Notes under the pieces: model-generated | Told to the model about the DNA's origin: nothing | Databases searched by the model: none | The model's input: only the letters and a program-made list of their open reading frames with translations | DNA from: Escherichia phage IME267 | Direction: 5' to 3' (one strand) | Sequence record: NC_070983.1 | DNA length: 64,000 nucleotides | Made by a program: the position numbers and the translations under genes | Part shown: piece after piece, positions 1 to 9,511 of the stretch | Layout of the letters: each line of letters starts with the position of its first letter | Numbering within the stretch: position 1 is the first letter of the stretch

Positions 1-35
1 GGCCTTTCTCTCACTCAGTAAAGGGGAACTAAATA

Positions 36-100
36 AACGGGTAGCTAATGAATAGGATGGTATACACGGGGAAAGAATAACGGGGAGTAGGCACGGGGAA
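36..100. repeat. Short direct repeats (ACGGGGA-like, 3-4 copies about 13-14 bp apart) in non-coding left end
   Basis: Read directly: cacgggg / aacgggga / cacgggga recur between about 36 and 100; no convincing ORF here. Confidence 0.4.
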
Positions 101-284
101 ACGCTGGAACGTGGGAGGAGGTGTAAAGGCATTGCCAATAACCCTTTTTTAAATGAGGACTCCCCCCTTTTAGGAAACGCGCTCGGAGAGGCTAGGTCCA
201 TCTGGTCAAATTGAAATTTTAAACTCTTATATATAACTATATGCCCCAACGTTAGTTGTGGATTTAAGAATAAGGAACTATTTT

Positions 285-449
285 ATGTGGAAGATTAAGT
301 TACTAATTAAGCAATTCAAGTGTCAACACGAATACTACCCGATACGGATATCGAGAGGAGATGAACGGTTACATGCTTATTACAAGAGTACATGGAGATG
401 TGCAGACTGTGGTAAGGTGAGGAATAGTAAATGGGTGGATAGGCCTTAA
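285..449 (+). CDS. Small hypothetical protein with Cys/His pairs (possible zinc ribbon)
   Basis: ATG at 285 preceded by TAAGGAA; track ORF 258..449 begins at an upstream GTG; C-x-H ... C-x-x-C spacing. Confidence 0.3.
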   Translation: MWKIKLLIKQFKCQHEYYPIRISRGDERLHAYYKSTWRCADCGKVRNSKWVDRP

Positions 450-565
450 CATGACATGGCCTTAATGGGTATGCCTTAATGTGGGGTAGCCTTTATGAAG
501 TCCCCTTTACTTCAGCGTACATGGGTTTATACATGGGTGGGCCTTTAGATGAGTACGCCTTTATG
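441..565. repeat. Iteron-like array of about 6 GCCTT(A/T)A(A/T)G repeats
   Basis: ggccttaacatg, ggccttaatggg, tgccttaatgtg, agcctttatgaa, ggcctttagatg, cgcctttatggg in 125 bp. Confidence 0.45.
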
Positions 566-600
566 GGTTGATCACTCTCGTTTATCAGAGGAGAACAAAT

Positions 601-849
601 ATGTTTCTAGACTTTTTATCAGAGGTACTTCCCTACTTCCGCACTGAGAAATGTGCATTTGTATTTGATGAAGGGGAGGAGTCAATGACTTGTTTGGGTA
701 GATTAGTAGACCTAGACGATGATGAAGATTTTGATGCTACGATGGACATTAGTTCATTGGGCTGGTTGTACATGAGATGCTTTGTAAGTTACAAGGCTGA
801 AACGTTTAAGGATTATCGCTATAGCGCTGAAGGAGAGAATGATGAATAA
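601..849 (+). CDS. Small acidic hypothetical protein
   Basis: ATG at 601 with GAGGAG 7 nt upstream; track start 568 is TTG; Asp/Glu-rich. Confidence 0.4.
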   Translation: MFLDFLSEVLPYFRTEKCAFVFDEGEESMTCLGRLVDLDDDEDFDATMDISSLGWLYMRCFVSYKAETFKDYRYSAEGENDE

Positions 850-1498
850 CATGACAGGAACTAATACACTGAATGCAATCTATGAGAACATGGGATGTAA
901 AGGCGAGGTTGTTTACAATGGTGGCTCACTCCGTCCTTTATCAGAGGACATTCTCTATCTGAATCGTGTTCATGAAACTACTGGAGGTCAGTCCCGAGTT
1001 GAGATGGCAAAACAATTGGCTCATGGTTCTGTGTACGGTTATGCTCCTTCAACCCGTGAAATATGGGAAGGTTTGATTCCTCGTACAGAAGCTAAAGATG
1101 TGAAAGACTATTTCACTGTAGCAAAAGAAGTTAAACGTAAGTGTCCATCCAATTTAGAAGTTGTTCCGTATGTAGCTGACAAACATGCACACCTACCGGA
1201 CTATGCCCGTGAGATGATTGAGATGATAGAAGAGGCTGAGTATGAAGCTCTGAATAACTATCTCAACTCGAAAGATCAATGGTCACGTAATGTAGTAATT
1301 GATGAAGAAGGTAATGAAGTTGTAACGTGGGTGCATGTTAGTGAACAAGCTCTGGACCCCGAGCTTGAAGAATACAAAAAATTTTTGGCGTCCTCTTCTT
1401 TTGAGGTAGAGAATGACAAATCTATTCCAGTTGGCTGGGAAGGTGAAACTGTAGCTCTCCAGACTTTGTTCAACCTACACGTAGGTGATGTAGATTAA
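839..1498 (+). CDS. Hypothetical protein (219 aa)
   Basis: Long ORF with GAAGGAG upstream; start could be ATG 839 or 842. Confidence 0.5.
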   Translation: MMNNMTGTNTLNAIYENMGCKGEVVYNGGSLRPLSEDILYLNRVHETTGGQSRVEMAKQLAHGSVYGYAPSTREIWEGLIPRTEAKDVKDYFTVAKEVKRKCPSNLEVVPYVADKHAHLPDYAREMIEMIEEAEYEALNNYLNSKDQWSRNVVIDEEGNEVVTWVHVSEQALDPELEEYKKFLASSSFEVENDKSIPVGWEGETVALQTLFNLHVGDVD

Positions 1499-1509
1499 TA
1501 AAAGGTGTT

Positions 1510-1534
1510 GCCTCCTCTCGTGGGAGGCTTTTTG
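1510..1534 (+). terminator. Putative rho-independent terminator
   Basis: gcctcc-tctcgtg-ggaggc hairpin followed by TTTTT just after the stop at 1498. Confidence 0.5.
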
Positions 1535-1563
1535 TTATAACGATAATGTAGAAGGAGTATAAG

Positions 1564-2031
1564 ATGTTTGGAGAAAAAGGAGAACTCACGCCTGCACAGG
1601 TAGCTGAGATTACAGGAAGACTGCCCGGAGTAACGGAAGAACTTGAATCCAAGGGCATGGAACCAAGCACAGGGAAGTTCACTAAAGGTAATAAGTTTGG
1701 ACGACCCAGAGGTAGTAGAGGTAAATTGACACAGCTCATGCTCGATCGTGTTGCTGCTAGTCATCTGTCTCCTGATGAAGTGTTGATTCAGATTTATGAA
1801 GATCCAAGTATTCCACCCGATCTTAGATTCAAGGCTGCAAGTAAAGTCGCTGATCTGGTATATCCTAAGGCAGCTTCTGTTGAGGTTAAGATTGAGGAAG
1901 AGAATGTAATCAATGAAGAATCACTGAACGCACAGATTCGAGACTTCTTGACTGGTGCACTAAAAGTGGATGTGCTACCTCCAGAGGACTCTGAGGACGC
2001 TGAAAAGGGGGAGGAAGCGGACGAGAGTTAA
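1564..2031 (+). CDS. Putative terminase small subunit
   Basis: Sits immediately upstream of the large terminase; basic G-rich N-terminal segment, acidic C-terminus; assignment by position. Confidence 0.35.
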   Translation: MFGEKGELTPAQVAEITGRLPGVTEELESKGMEPSTGKFTKGNKFGRPRGSRGKLTQLMLDRVAASHLSPDEVLIQIYEDPSIPPDLRFKAASKVADLVYPKAASVEVKIEEENVINEESLNAQIRDFLTGALKVDVLPPEDSEDAEKGEEADES

Positions 2032-2097
2032 TAGGAATAAAGGGGAGGGTTCTTTTCGCGAGGGATCTCTCCCTTTCTTATTTTATTGGAGGAATAT

Positions 2098-3639
2098 ATG
2101 TCGTTAGATAAAGAAATCTATGAAGCTCTAACTGGAGACAAGTTGAGTATAGAGGAAAAGAAAGCTTTGCTCAATATGTTAAAAGAAAGGGACCAGTGGA
2201 GAAAATATAACAAGATGTTGGCTTTTAAAGCTTACGACTTTCAGAAGAAATTCTATGCAGCAGGGTTGAAGCATCGCTTTCGATTCCTGTGCGCAGCTAA
2301 CCGTGTTGGTAAATCTTACAGCGAGGCATACGAGTTTGCTTGTCATGTCACAGGTCGCTATCCAACTTGGTGGACAGGTTACAGATTTAATCGACCCATA
2401 TTGGCTTGGGCAGTAGGGATTACAGGGGACTCTACAAGAAAGGTATTGCAAAAGGAGTTGTTTGGAACACCTATCGGAAAGGATATGAATCTAATAGGAA
2501 CAGGTGTTATTCCTCGTGATGCTATCGTATTGGACACGATAGAACGAGATGGGAACAAATTACAGATTGTACAAATTAAGCATCAAAACGCGAGAGGCGA
2601 GTTTGACGGTTTAAGTACATTAGAGTTCCGTTCTACCCAACAGGGTGAACATACATTGATGGGTGCTACAGTTGATTATATTTGGCTGGACGAAGAAGAT
2701 CCATATGAATCTATGGCAATCTTCTCTCAGTGCGTAACACGTACACTTACAACTAAAGGTTTAGTTACTATTACAGCTACACCAGAGAACGGTTTAACAG
2801 AGCTGGTGGATAAGTTTATGAAAGGTGAAGGAGATGAGAACACAGGTTCTCTGTATTTCCAGAATGCTTCTTGGTGGGATGCTCATGTAGATTTAGGTGG
2901 ACATATCACTGACCAAGATATTAAAGACATGACTGAAGGTATTCCAACATGGCAGTTAGAGATGCGTTCAAAAGGTATGCCGTTGCTTGGTTCTGGTTTG
3001 ATTTATGATGTATCAGATGACATGATTAAGTGTGATCCCTTTGAGATACCTGATACGTGGAAACGTGTTTGTGCTATTGATATTGGTATTGATCACCCGA
3101 CAGCCGCTGTTTGGACAGCATATGATGCTAACACTGATACGATTTATGTTTATGACTGCTATAAAGAAGGTGGGTTTACTCCGGTGTACCATGCACCAGC
3201 TATTAATGGTCGTGGTCAGTGGATTCCAGTTATTCTTCCTCACGATGCCGATAATATTGAGAAGGGAAGTGGTTCGTCTGTTGCTCAATTCTATAAGAAT
3301 GCAGGGGTTAATGTACAGAGTGAGACCTTCTACAACAAGATTGGAATGGATGGTAAGAAGAACTTCTTTGTAGAGCCGGGAATTACTGATATTCGTGAAC
3401 GTATGATGTCAGGTCGTTTTAAAATCTTTAACATTGCTTCGTGTGCTAAACTCTTTGAAGAGAAAGCTCGCTATCACCGTAAGGTTGGCAAGATTGTTAA
3501 GGAACATGATGACTTGATGGATGCTATGCGATATTCAGCTTGTTCTGTAACACATCGTGGACGTAGTAAGCATGATGCTAGTTATGGTAGTTCATCGCTT
3601 TATCAAGACAATATTAACAGATGGAATCAGACCTACTAA
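2098..3639 (+). CDS. terL: Terminase large subunit
   Basis: Walker A-like ANRVGKS and Walker B-like IWLDEE; ATG 2098 with GGAGG upstream (track start 2086 is TTG). Confidence 0.85.
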   Translation: MSLDKEIYEALTGDKLSIEEKKALLNMLKERDQWRKYNKMLAFKAYDFQKKFYAAGLKHRFRFLCAANRVGKSYSEAYEFACHVTGRYPTWWTGYRFNRPILAWAVGITGDSTRKVLQKELFGTPIGKDMNLIGTGVIPRDAIVLDTIERDGNKLQIVQIKHQNARGEFDGLSTLEFRSTQQGEHTLMGATVDYIWLDEEDPYESMAIFSQCVTRTLTTKGLVTITATPENGLTELVDKFMKGEGDENTGSLYFQNASWWDAHVDLGGHITDQDIKDMTEGIPTWQLEMRSKGMPLLGSGLIYDVSDDMIKCDPFEIPDTWKRVCAIDIGIDHPTAAVWTAYDANTDTIYVYDCYKEGGFTPVYHAPAINGRGQWIPVILPHDADNIEKGSGSSVAQFYKNAGVNVQSETFYNKIGMDGKKNFFVEPGITDIRERMMSGRFKIFNIASCAKLFEEKARYHRKVGKIVKEHDDLMDAMRYSACSVTHRGRSKHDASYGSSSLYQDNINRWNQTY

Positions 3640-3704
3640 AAATAGGGGAGGCTTTGTCCTCCCTTTAGTAGTTCCTTCCAAGCTATCACCGAGGGAGAGA
3701 TTAG

Positions 3705-5948
3705 ATGGCTAAGAAGAAATTTAGTGAAGATGTTTTGGATGAATTACGCGTTGACCTTCAACGTCGATTCAATTATGCTCAAGGTTATGTAGACTTAGCT
3801 GTAAAAGGCTATGCTCGTGAGGCTTGGGAATACTTCTATGGGAACCTTCCTGCTCCAGTTACTGCTGGTAGCTCTAGTTGGGTAGACCGTACGGTATGGG
3901 AATCAGTGAATGGTACGCTCCAAGATATCATTAATGTGTTCTGTTCTGGTGACGAAGCGGTAACTTTCGTAGCCGATAACCAAGAAGATAGTGATGCTGC
4001 TGACGTAGCCACTAAACTTGTCAACCAAATTTTGTTACGTGATAATCCGGGATATAATATTATCTCTTCAGCGGCACAAGAGTGTCTGGTTACACGTAAC
4101 TCTTTTATTAAATATTATTGGGATGAACAAACTTCTACCCAAACAGAAGAAGCAGAGGGTGTTCCTCCGGAAGCTTTGGCTGCATATGTCCAAGGTTTAG
4201 AAGCTGGTGGGCTTCAAGATTTAGAAATCTTTACCACTGACAACGAAGATGGTACAGTGGATGTTAAAGTAACTTACAAACAAACAGTAAAACGCGTTAA
4301 AGTAGAATATGTTCCTTCAGAACAGGTTTTTGTTGACGAACATGCTACCTCTTTTGCAGATGCTCAGTATTTCTGTCATCGCACACGTAAATCTAAAGAA
4401 GATCTGGTTGCTATGGGCTTCCCTAAAGATGAAATTGAAGCTTTTAATGACTGGACTGATACAATGGACACCACTCAATCTACTGTTGCATGGTCACGTA
4501 CTGACTGGCGTCAGGATATAGATTCAGATATCGGTGTAGACACTGATGATATCGCTTCTATGGTTTGGGTTTACGAGCATTACATCCGTACTGGTGTACT
4601 GGATAAGAATAAAGAAGCAAAACTCTATCAAGTTATTCAAGCAGGTGAGCATATTCTCAGTTGTGAAGAAGTAACTAGCATTCCTTTTGTAACATTCTGC
4701 CCTTATCCTATTCCGGGTTCATTCTATGGACAATCTGTTTATGATATCACCAAAGATATTCAGGATTTGCGTACCGCTTTGGTTCGTGGTTATATCGATA
4801 ACGTAAACAATGCTAACTATGGTCGTTATAAGGCTCTTGTAGGTGCTTATGACCGTCGTTCTCTACTGGATAACCGTCCGGGTGGTGTAGTAGAAATGGA
4901 GCGTCAGGATGCGATTGATCTCTTCCCTTACCACAATCTACCTCAGGGTATTGATGGCTTACTAGGAATGTCAGATGAGTTGAAAGAGACTCGTACTGGT
5001 GTTACTAAGCTTGGTATGGGCATTAACCCTGATGTGTTTAAGAATGATAACGCATATGCAACTGTTGGATTGATGATGAATGCTGCTCAGAACCGTCTCC
5101 GTATGGTCTGTCGTAACATTGCTCACAACGGTATGGTTGAATTGATGCGTGGTATTTATAATTTAGTCCGAGAAAATGGTGAGGTTCCTTTACAAGTACA
5201 AACCCCTCGTGGTATGGTTCAGGTTCATCCTAAACAACTGCCTGCTCGTCACAATCTACAAGTTGTTGTAGCTATCTCTCCTAGCGAGAAATCAGAACGT
5301 GCCCAGAAACTAATCAGCCTGAAGCAATTGATTGCTGCTGATGCTCAGTTAGCACCTCTGTTTACTCTGGAGCAAGATCGTTATATGACTGCACAGATCT
5401 TCGAGTTGATGGGAATTAAAGACACTCACAAATACTTAATGCCTCTGGAACAGTATCAACCGCCAGAACCTTCTCCGATGGAAATCCTCCAGCTTGAGAT
5501 GACTAAAGCACAGGTTGAGAACGTACAGGCTTCTTCTCAGAAGATGATTGCTGATGCATTCGACCAGCGTGAACGTACTACGTTTGAGCAGCAGAAAGCT
5601 GCGGATGAGTTCAGCTTGCGTCAAGAAGAACTGCAATTTAAGCAAGAGAATGCTGCTGATCAGATGACTTTGGAGAATCGTAAAGAAGACAACAGTGCTA
5701 CACTTGAACAAGCTAAGCATAAGTTGGCTCTGCTCCAGCAACAGGTCCGTCAGTACGAATCTGTACTTAAAGAATTGCAGATGACTCTTAACCATCAGGT
5801 TGATGTTGAGAAAGTTGCAAATCAGGCTAAAATTCAAGATAAGACTTTGGAACTCCAAAAGAAAGAAGCAAATGAAACTAAGAAAGAACAGCAAAGTTCA
5901 ATCAAAGATTCACGGATTCCTAACCGTCGTCTTGGTAGTAGAAAATAA
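3705..5948 (+). CDS. Portal protein
   Basis: 747 aa ORF directly after terminase with coiled-coil-like charged C-terminal third; strong RBS. Confidence 0.7.
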   Translation: MAKKKFSEDVLDELRVDLQRRFNYAQGYVDLAVKGYAREAWEYFYGNLPAPVTAGSSSWVDRTVWESVNGTLQDIINVFCSGDEAVTFVADNQEDSDAADVATKLVNQILLRDNPGYNIISSAAQECLVTRNSFIKYYWDEQTSTQTEEAEGVPPEALAAYVQGLEAGGLQDLEIFTTDNEDGTVDVKVTYKQTVKRVKVEYVPSEQVFVDEHATSFADAQYFCHRTRKSKEDLVAMGFPKDEIEAFNDWTDTMDTTQSTVAWSRTDWRQDIDSDIGVDTDDIASMVWVYEHYIRTGVLDKNKEAKLYQVIQAGEHILSCEEVTSIPFVTFCPYPIPGSFYGQSVYDITKDIQDLRTALVRGYIDNVNNANYGRYKALVGAYDRRSLLDNRPGGVVEMERQDAIDLFPYHNLPQGIDGLLGMSDELKETRTGVTKLGMGINPDVFKNDNAYATVGLMMNAAQNRLRMVCRNIAHNGMVELMRGIYNLVRENGEVPLQVQTPRGMVQVHPKQLPARHNLQVVVAISPSEKSERAQKLISLKQLIAADAQLAPLFTLEQDRYMTAQIFELMGIKDTHKYLMPLEQYQPPEPSPMEILQLEMTKAQVENVQASSQKMIADAFDQRERTTFEQQKAADEFSLRQEELQFKQENAADQMTLENRKEDNSATLEQAKHKLALLQQQVRQYESVLKELQMTLNHQVDVEKVANQAKIQDKTLELQKKEANETKKEQQSSIKDSRIPNRRLGSRK

Positions 5949-5957
5949 GGATACTGA

Positions 5958-6194
5958 ATGAATACAAGACAGCAATTCAATAAAGAGCACGCCGCCGCTT
6001 TGGCGGCTCTCAATCACAACGGCATTCTTGACGCAGCATTAGAGGCATTAAAAGAAACCCTCATGAGAGATATCGTATTAACCGAGGCTCATGAGAATAA
6101 GAAACGCGAAGAGTGTTATCAAAAGTATAAAATGGTTGGTAGCTTAAAAGAGGTCATAAAAGCTGCTATCAATAATGCAGGAGATATTTCCTAA
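5958..6194 (+). CDS. Small hypothetical protein between portal and scaffold
   Basis: 78 aa ORF with AAGGA upstream; stop overlaps next start. Confidence 0.45.
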   Translation: MNTRQQFNKEHAAALAALNHNGILDAALEALKETLMRDIVLTEAHENKKREECYQKYKMVGSLKEVIKAAINNAGDIS

Positions 6195-7276
6195 TGGCAA
6201 ATGATTATATTGACCCGAACGATTTTAAATCTTTCCTCCAACTAGACGACTTAAAAGGCTCCTTCAAAGAAGAGCTTAGTCAATTAGAATCAGAACGTGA
6301 ACCAGAAGTGAACATCGATGATGAATTCCCAGAACAGTCTGAGACTTTTGATCTTGATGCTTCCGACCTTCTCGGTGATGACGATACGTTAGCGTTCGAA
6401 GATGAAGATGGTTGGGAAGATCGTGAAGAGGAAGGCGAAGAAGAAGAGGAAGAGTCTGAGTTCTCTGATGAAGAAGATGAAGAAGATGATTCCGGTGAAG
6501 CAGATCACGATGAAGCTGCTAACAGCGACGAAGATGGCGAAGAAGGTGAAGTCTTTGACGTAGATTATGAAACTGTTATCACCCTTCCTGATGGTCGTGA
6601 GATGACTATTGAAGAGTTGTCTAATGGCTATTTGACTGGTGCAGAAATGTCCGAACGTGAGACTACTTTGCAGCGTCATGTTGAAGCTTTTGAAGAACGT
6701 GTTGCTGGCTTGGGGGATGTATTAGAACTAGCTGCCCTAGAAGCAGACCGAGTAATTGAAGATTACAACGGTTTTGATTGGGACAAACTTGCACAAGAAG
6801 ATCCTCAAGCTTATGTAGAAAACAAACGTTTCTTAGAAAAATATACAGCTCGTCGCCAACAGCTTGAACAAGCTCAGCTTAAAATCAAGCAAGAAGCACT
6901 AGCAAAAGAACAACAGCTCTTCCAAGCTAAATGCACTGAGTGTGTAAGCGTACTTAAACGTGAGATTCCTAATTGGGATGACAACTTGTATCAGAACCTG
7001 ATGCAGTATGCAATCGACTTAGGTGCTACAGAAGAAGAAGTGCTGAAAGAGAACCGTCCGTCAATCTTCCTAGCTCTACACAAAGCATACCAGTTTGATA
7101 AAGGTAAGCAGCAGGTGATGGCTAAGATTAAACGTCCCGGCTCTCCACGCAAGGTTGTGAAGTCCGATGCTTCTAAGTCTCGTTCTTCCAATACGCCAGA
7201 CAACGCTAAGGTTGCCAAGGCATTCTCAGAGGGTCGTATTCGTCACGAAGACGCATTTAAGTATCTCGTAGATTAA
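6194..7276 (+). CDS. Putative scaffolding protein
   Basis: Very acidic low-complexity N-terminal half, charged helical C-terminal half, between portal and capsid genes. Confidence 0.6.
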   Translation: MANDYIDPNDFKSFLQLDDLKGSFKEELSQLESEREPEVNIDDEFPEQSETFDLDASDLLGDDDTLAFEDEDGWEDREEEGEEEEEESEFSDEEDEEDDSGEADHDEAANSDEDGEEGEVFDVDYETVITLPDGREMTIEELSNGYLTGAEMSERETTLQRHVEAFEERVAGLGDVLELAALEADRVIEDYNGFDWDKLAQEDPQAYVENKRFLEKYTARRQQLEQAQLKIKQEALAKEQQLFQAKCTECVSVLKREIPNWDDNLYQNLMQYAIDLGATEEEVLKENRPSIFLALHKAYQFDKGKQQVMAKIKRPGSPRKVVKSDASKSRSSNTPDNAKVAKAFSEGRIRHEDAFKYLVD

Positions 7277-7316
7277 TCGACAAATTTATTTTTAATAGTA
7301 TAGGAGCTAATATAAC

Positions 7317-8372
7317 ATGGCAAATCCAACTTTATTTGTATCTTACGACCAGAATGGTAAAAAACTTTCTTTTGCTAACTGGATTTCTGTCCTGTCTCCG
7401 CAAGACACTCCGTTTGTGTCTATGACTGGTAAAGAGTCTATCAATCAGACCATTTTCAGCTGGCAGACCGATGCTCTGGCGAGCGTAGATGCTAACAACG
7501 CCCACGTCGAAGGCTCTCGTGCTGAAGACGGCGAAATGAAACCTACTGTAATTAAGTCCAACGTTACTCAGATCCTGCGTAAAGTTGTTCGTGTTTCTGA
7601 TACTGCTAACACCACCGCTAACTACGGTCGTGGTCGTGAACTGATGTATCAGCTGGAGAAGAAAGGTAAAGAGATTAAACGTGACCTCGAGAAAATCCTG
7701 CTGTCCGGTCAGGCTCGTACCGATATTCTGGCAGACCAGTATCTGACCAACTCTGCAACTGATCCTGCTGTTGTAGGTCAGAATGATACCTCAGCTGCTC
7801 GTAAGACTGGTGCTTTCCAGTTCCTGTGTGCACACAATGGTGTTGCTGGTGGTGTTGTTAAGAAAGAAGATGGTCCTGCTGACCCGGATACTGGTGCAGT
7901 AACTGTTAAAGTTGCACAGAATGCTTCTAACCCGACTACTAACATCGGTTTTGATGAAGCTGATATCTTTGATATGACTCTGCAATTGTATACCGCTGGT
8001 TCTGAAGCAGACATTATCATGATTAACCCTGCTCACGCTAGTATCTTTGCTAAGCTTCAGGAAAACTCTGTTGGTTCTCGTCAGCGTATCTTTGAGAACA
8101 CCAAACAGTTCATCTATGAAGTTAACAGCATCACTGACCCGCTGGGCCAGAGCTATAAAATCATCGTTAACCGTTGGATGCCTGCTGATGCAGTTTACTT
8201 CTTCCGCAGCTCTGACTGGACTCAGATGGTTCTTCGTGCTCCGAAACGTACTGAACTGGCGAAAGATGGTTCTTACGAGAAATGGATGATCGAAATGGAA
8301 GTTGGTCTGCGTCACCGCAACCCGTATGCCTCCGGCGTTCTGTTCACTGCTGCGGGAAAGGTGGCGGCGTAA
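7317..8372 (+). CDS. Major capsid protein (short form)
   Basis: 351 aa ORF after scaffold with strong RBS; position and size typical of podovirus-type capsid genes. Confidence 0.7.
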   Translation: MANPTLFVSYDQNGKKLSFANWISVLSPQDTPFVSMTGKESINQTIFSWQTDALASVDANNAHVEGSRAEDGEMKPTVIKSNVTQILRKVVRVSDTANTTANYGRGRELMYQLEKKGKEIKRDLEKILLSGQARTDILADQYLTNSATDPAVVGQNDTSAARKTGAFQFLCAHNGVAGGVVKKEDGPADPDTGAVTVKVAQNASNPTTNIGFDEADIFDMTLQLYTAGSEADIIMINPAHASIFAKLQENSVGSRQRIFENTKQFIYEVNSITDPLGQSYKIIVNRWMPADAVYFFRSSDWTQMVLRAPKRTELAKDGSYEKWMIEMEVGLRHRNPYASGVLFTAAGKVAA

Positions 8373-8896
8373 CAGTAGACAGTGTGACTGTTAGCCCTGC
8401 GTCTTTAGCAAGTCTAGAGACAGGGGCTACTCGGCAGTTCACTGCAAGCGCGGAGAAAAGTGATGGTTCTACCGAAACAACTGGCTTTACTTGGTCAGTG
8501 ACAGGAGGTGGTTCTATCACTCAGTCGGGTTTGTATACTGCTCCGAGTGCGTCTCAATCCACTGATGTATCCATTACTGCAACTTTAGAAGGTGTTTCTG
8601 GTACAGCAACCATTTCTGAAATTGTTGCTCCTGCTCCTACTATTGTAGCTAAGGGTCCAATTACGGGTAAAACTGGTGGTTCCTCCACTAATTTCACTAC
8701 CATGTTTACTGTAACTAATTCTGCTGCTGCGGATTACACGTTTGTTGTAACTCCTACAGAAGCTGGTACAGTAAGCGCCGCTGGTGCGTTAACCTTAGAT
8801 GCTGCTGCAAGTGGCGAAGTTACTGTTCAAGCAAGTTTGACAGCTGACCCGTCCATCAATGCAACATGCACTTTTACTGGTGTAACACCTGCTTAA
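7317..8896 (+). CDS. Major capsid protein, long form via predicted -1 frameshift, adding an Ig-like (Big_2-type) C-terminal domain
   Basis: Heptamer G_GGA_AAG at 8354..8360 in capsid frame; the -1 frame stays open to 8896 and encodes an Ig-like repeat. Confidence 0.55.
8354..8360 (+). other. Predicted -1 slippery heptamer GGGAAAG
   Basis: X_XXY_YYZ arrangement in capsid frame, 10 nt before the capsid stop codon. Confidence 0.55.
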
Positions 8897-8904
8897 AAAC
8901 TAGA

Positions 8905-8928
8905 CCCTGCCTTCGGGCGGGGTTTTTT
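8905..8928 (+). terminator. Rho-independent terminator after capsid gene
   Basis: ccctgcc-ttcg-ggcgggg hairpin followed by TTTTTT. Confidence 0.6.
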
Positions 8929-8956
8929 CGTTTTAAGACCTATACAAGCTAGTGTG

Positions 8957-8966
8957 TAATGTATAT
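8957..8966 (+). promoter_or_regulatory. TAATGTATAT motif (possible extended -10 element)
   Basis: Exact 10-mer also at 26424 and 35616; TGn-TATATT arrangement about 30 nt upstream of the 8999 start. Confidence 0.3.
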
Positions 8967-8998
8967 TCTTTGTCTACATATAACAAGGAGGACAACCT

Positions 8999-9511
8999 AT
9001 GGCAATGCCAGATTTCAGAGGAGCTTTTACATATAACCCAAATACAGGGCATCTTTTCTGGTCTATGAGTAACATATTCAATAAACAGAAAGGTCAACGT
9101 GCTGGATGTATTAATAGTAAGGGATATCGTGTGTTAACCTTCAAGAAGAAATCTTACCTAGAGCATAGAGTCATAGCTGAACTCTTTCTTCCTAAAGTAG
9201 AAGGGAAGGAGTATGTCAACCATAAGAATGGAATAAAAGATGACAACAGGATTGAGAATCTAGAGTGGTGTACTCAACAAGAAAACTGTGTACATGCTTA
9301 TGAAACAAAACTCTCAACACCAAGGAATCTTGAGGATAATCCTAATTCCAAACTTACTAAAGAACAAGTTCTTTTCTGTTTAGAGAACTATAAACCGAGG
9401 GACAGACAGTTCGGAGCTAGAGCTTTAGCTAGGAAGTTTGGAGTCTCTTCAAGCACAATAAGCCTAATAATCAATGGCACAAACTGGAAGGAGGTATCCT
9501 ATGTTGCCTGA
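8999..9511 (+). CDS. HNH homing endonuclease inserted between capsid and tail genes
   Basis: HNH motif region HRVIAELF...VNHKNGIKDDNRIENLEW; own RBS AAGGAGGA. Confidence 0.75.
   Translation: MAMPDFRGAFTYNPNTGHLFWSMSNIFNKQKGQRAGCINSKGYRVLTFKKKSYLEHRVIAELFLPKVEGKEYVNHKNGIKDDNRIENLEWCTQQENCVHAYETKLSTPRNLEDNPNSKLTKEQVLFCLENYKPRDRQFGARALARKFGVSSSTISLIINGTNWKEVSYVA

Noticed and set aside
8282-8896. ORF-track entry treated as an independent gene starting at ATG 8282
   Set aside because: The start lies inside the capsid gene with no RBS, while a canonical slippery heptamer sits at 8354..8360; I interpret it as the -1 frameshift extension of the capsid protein.
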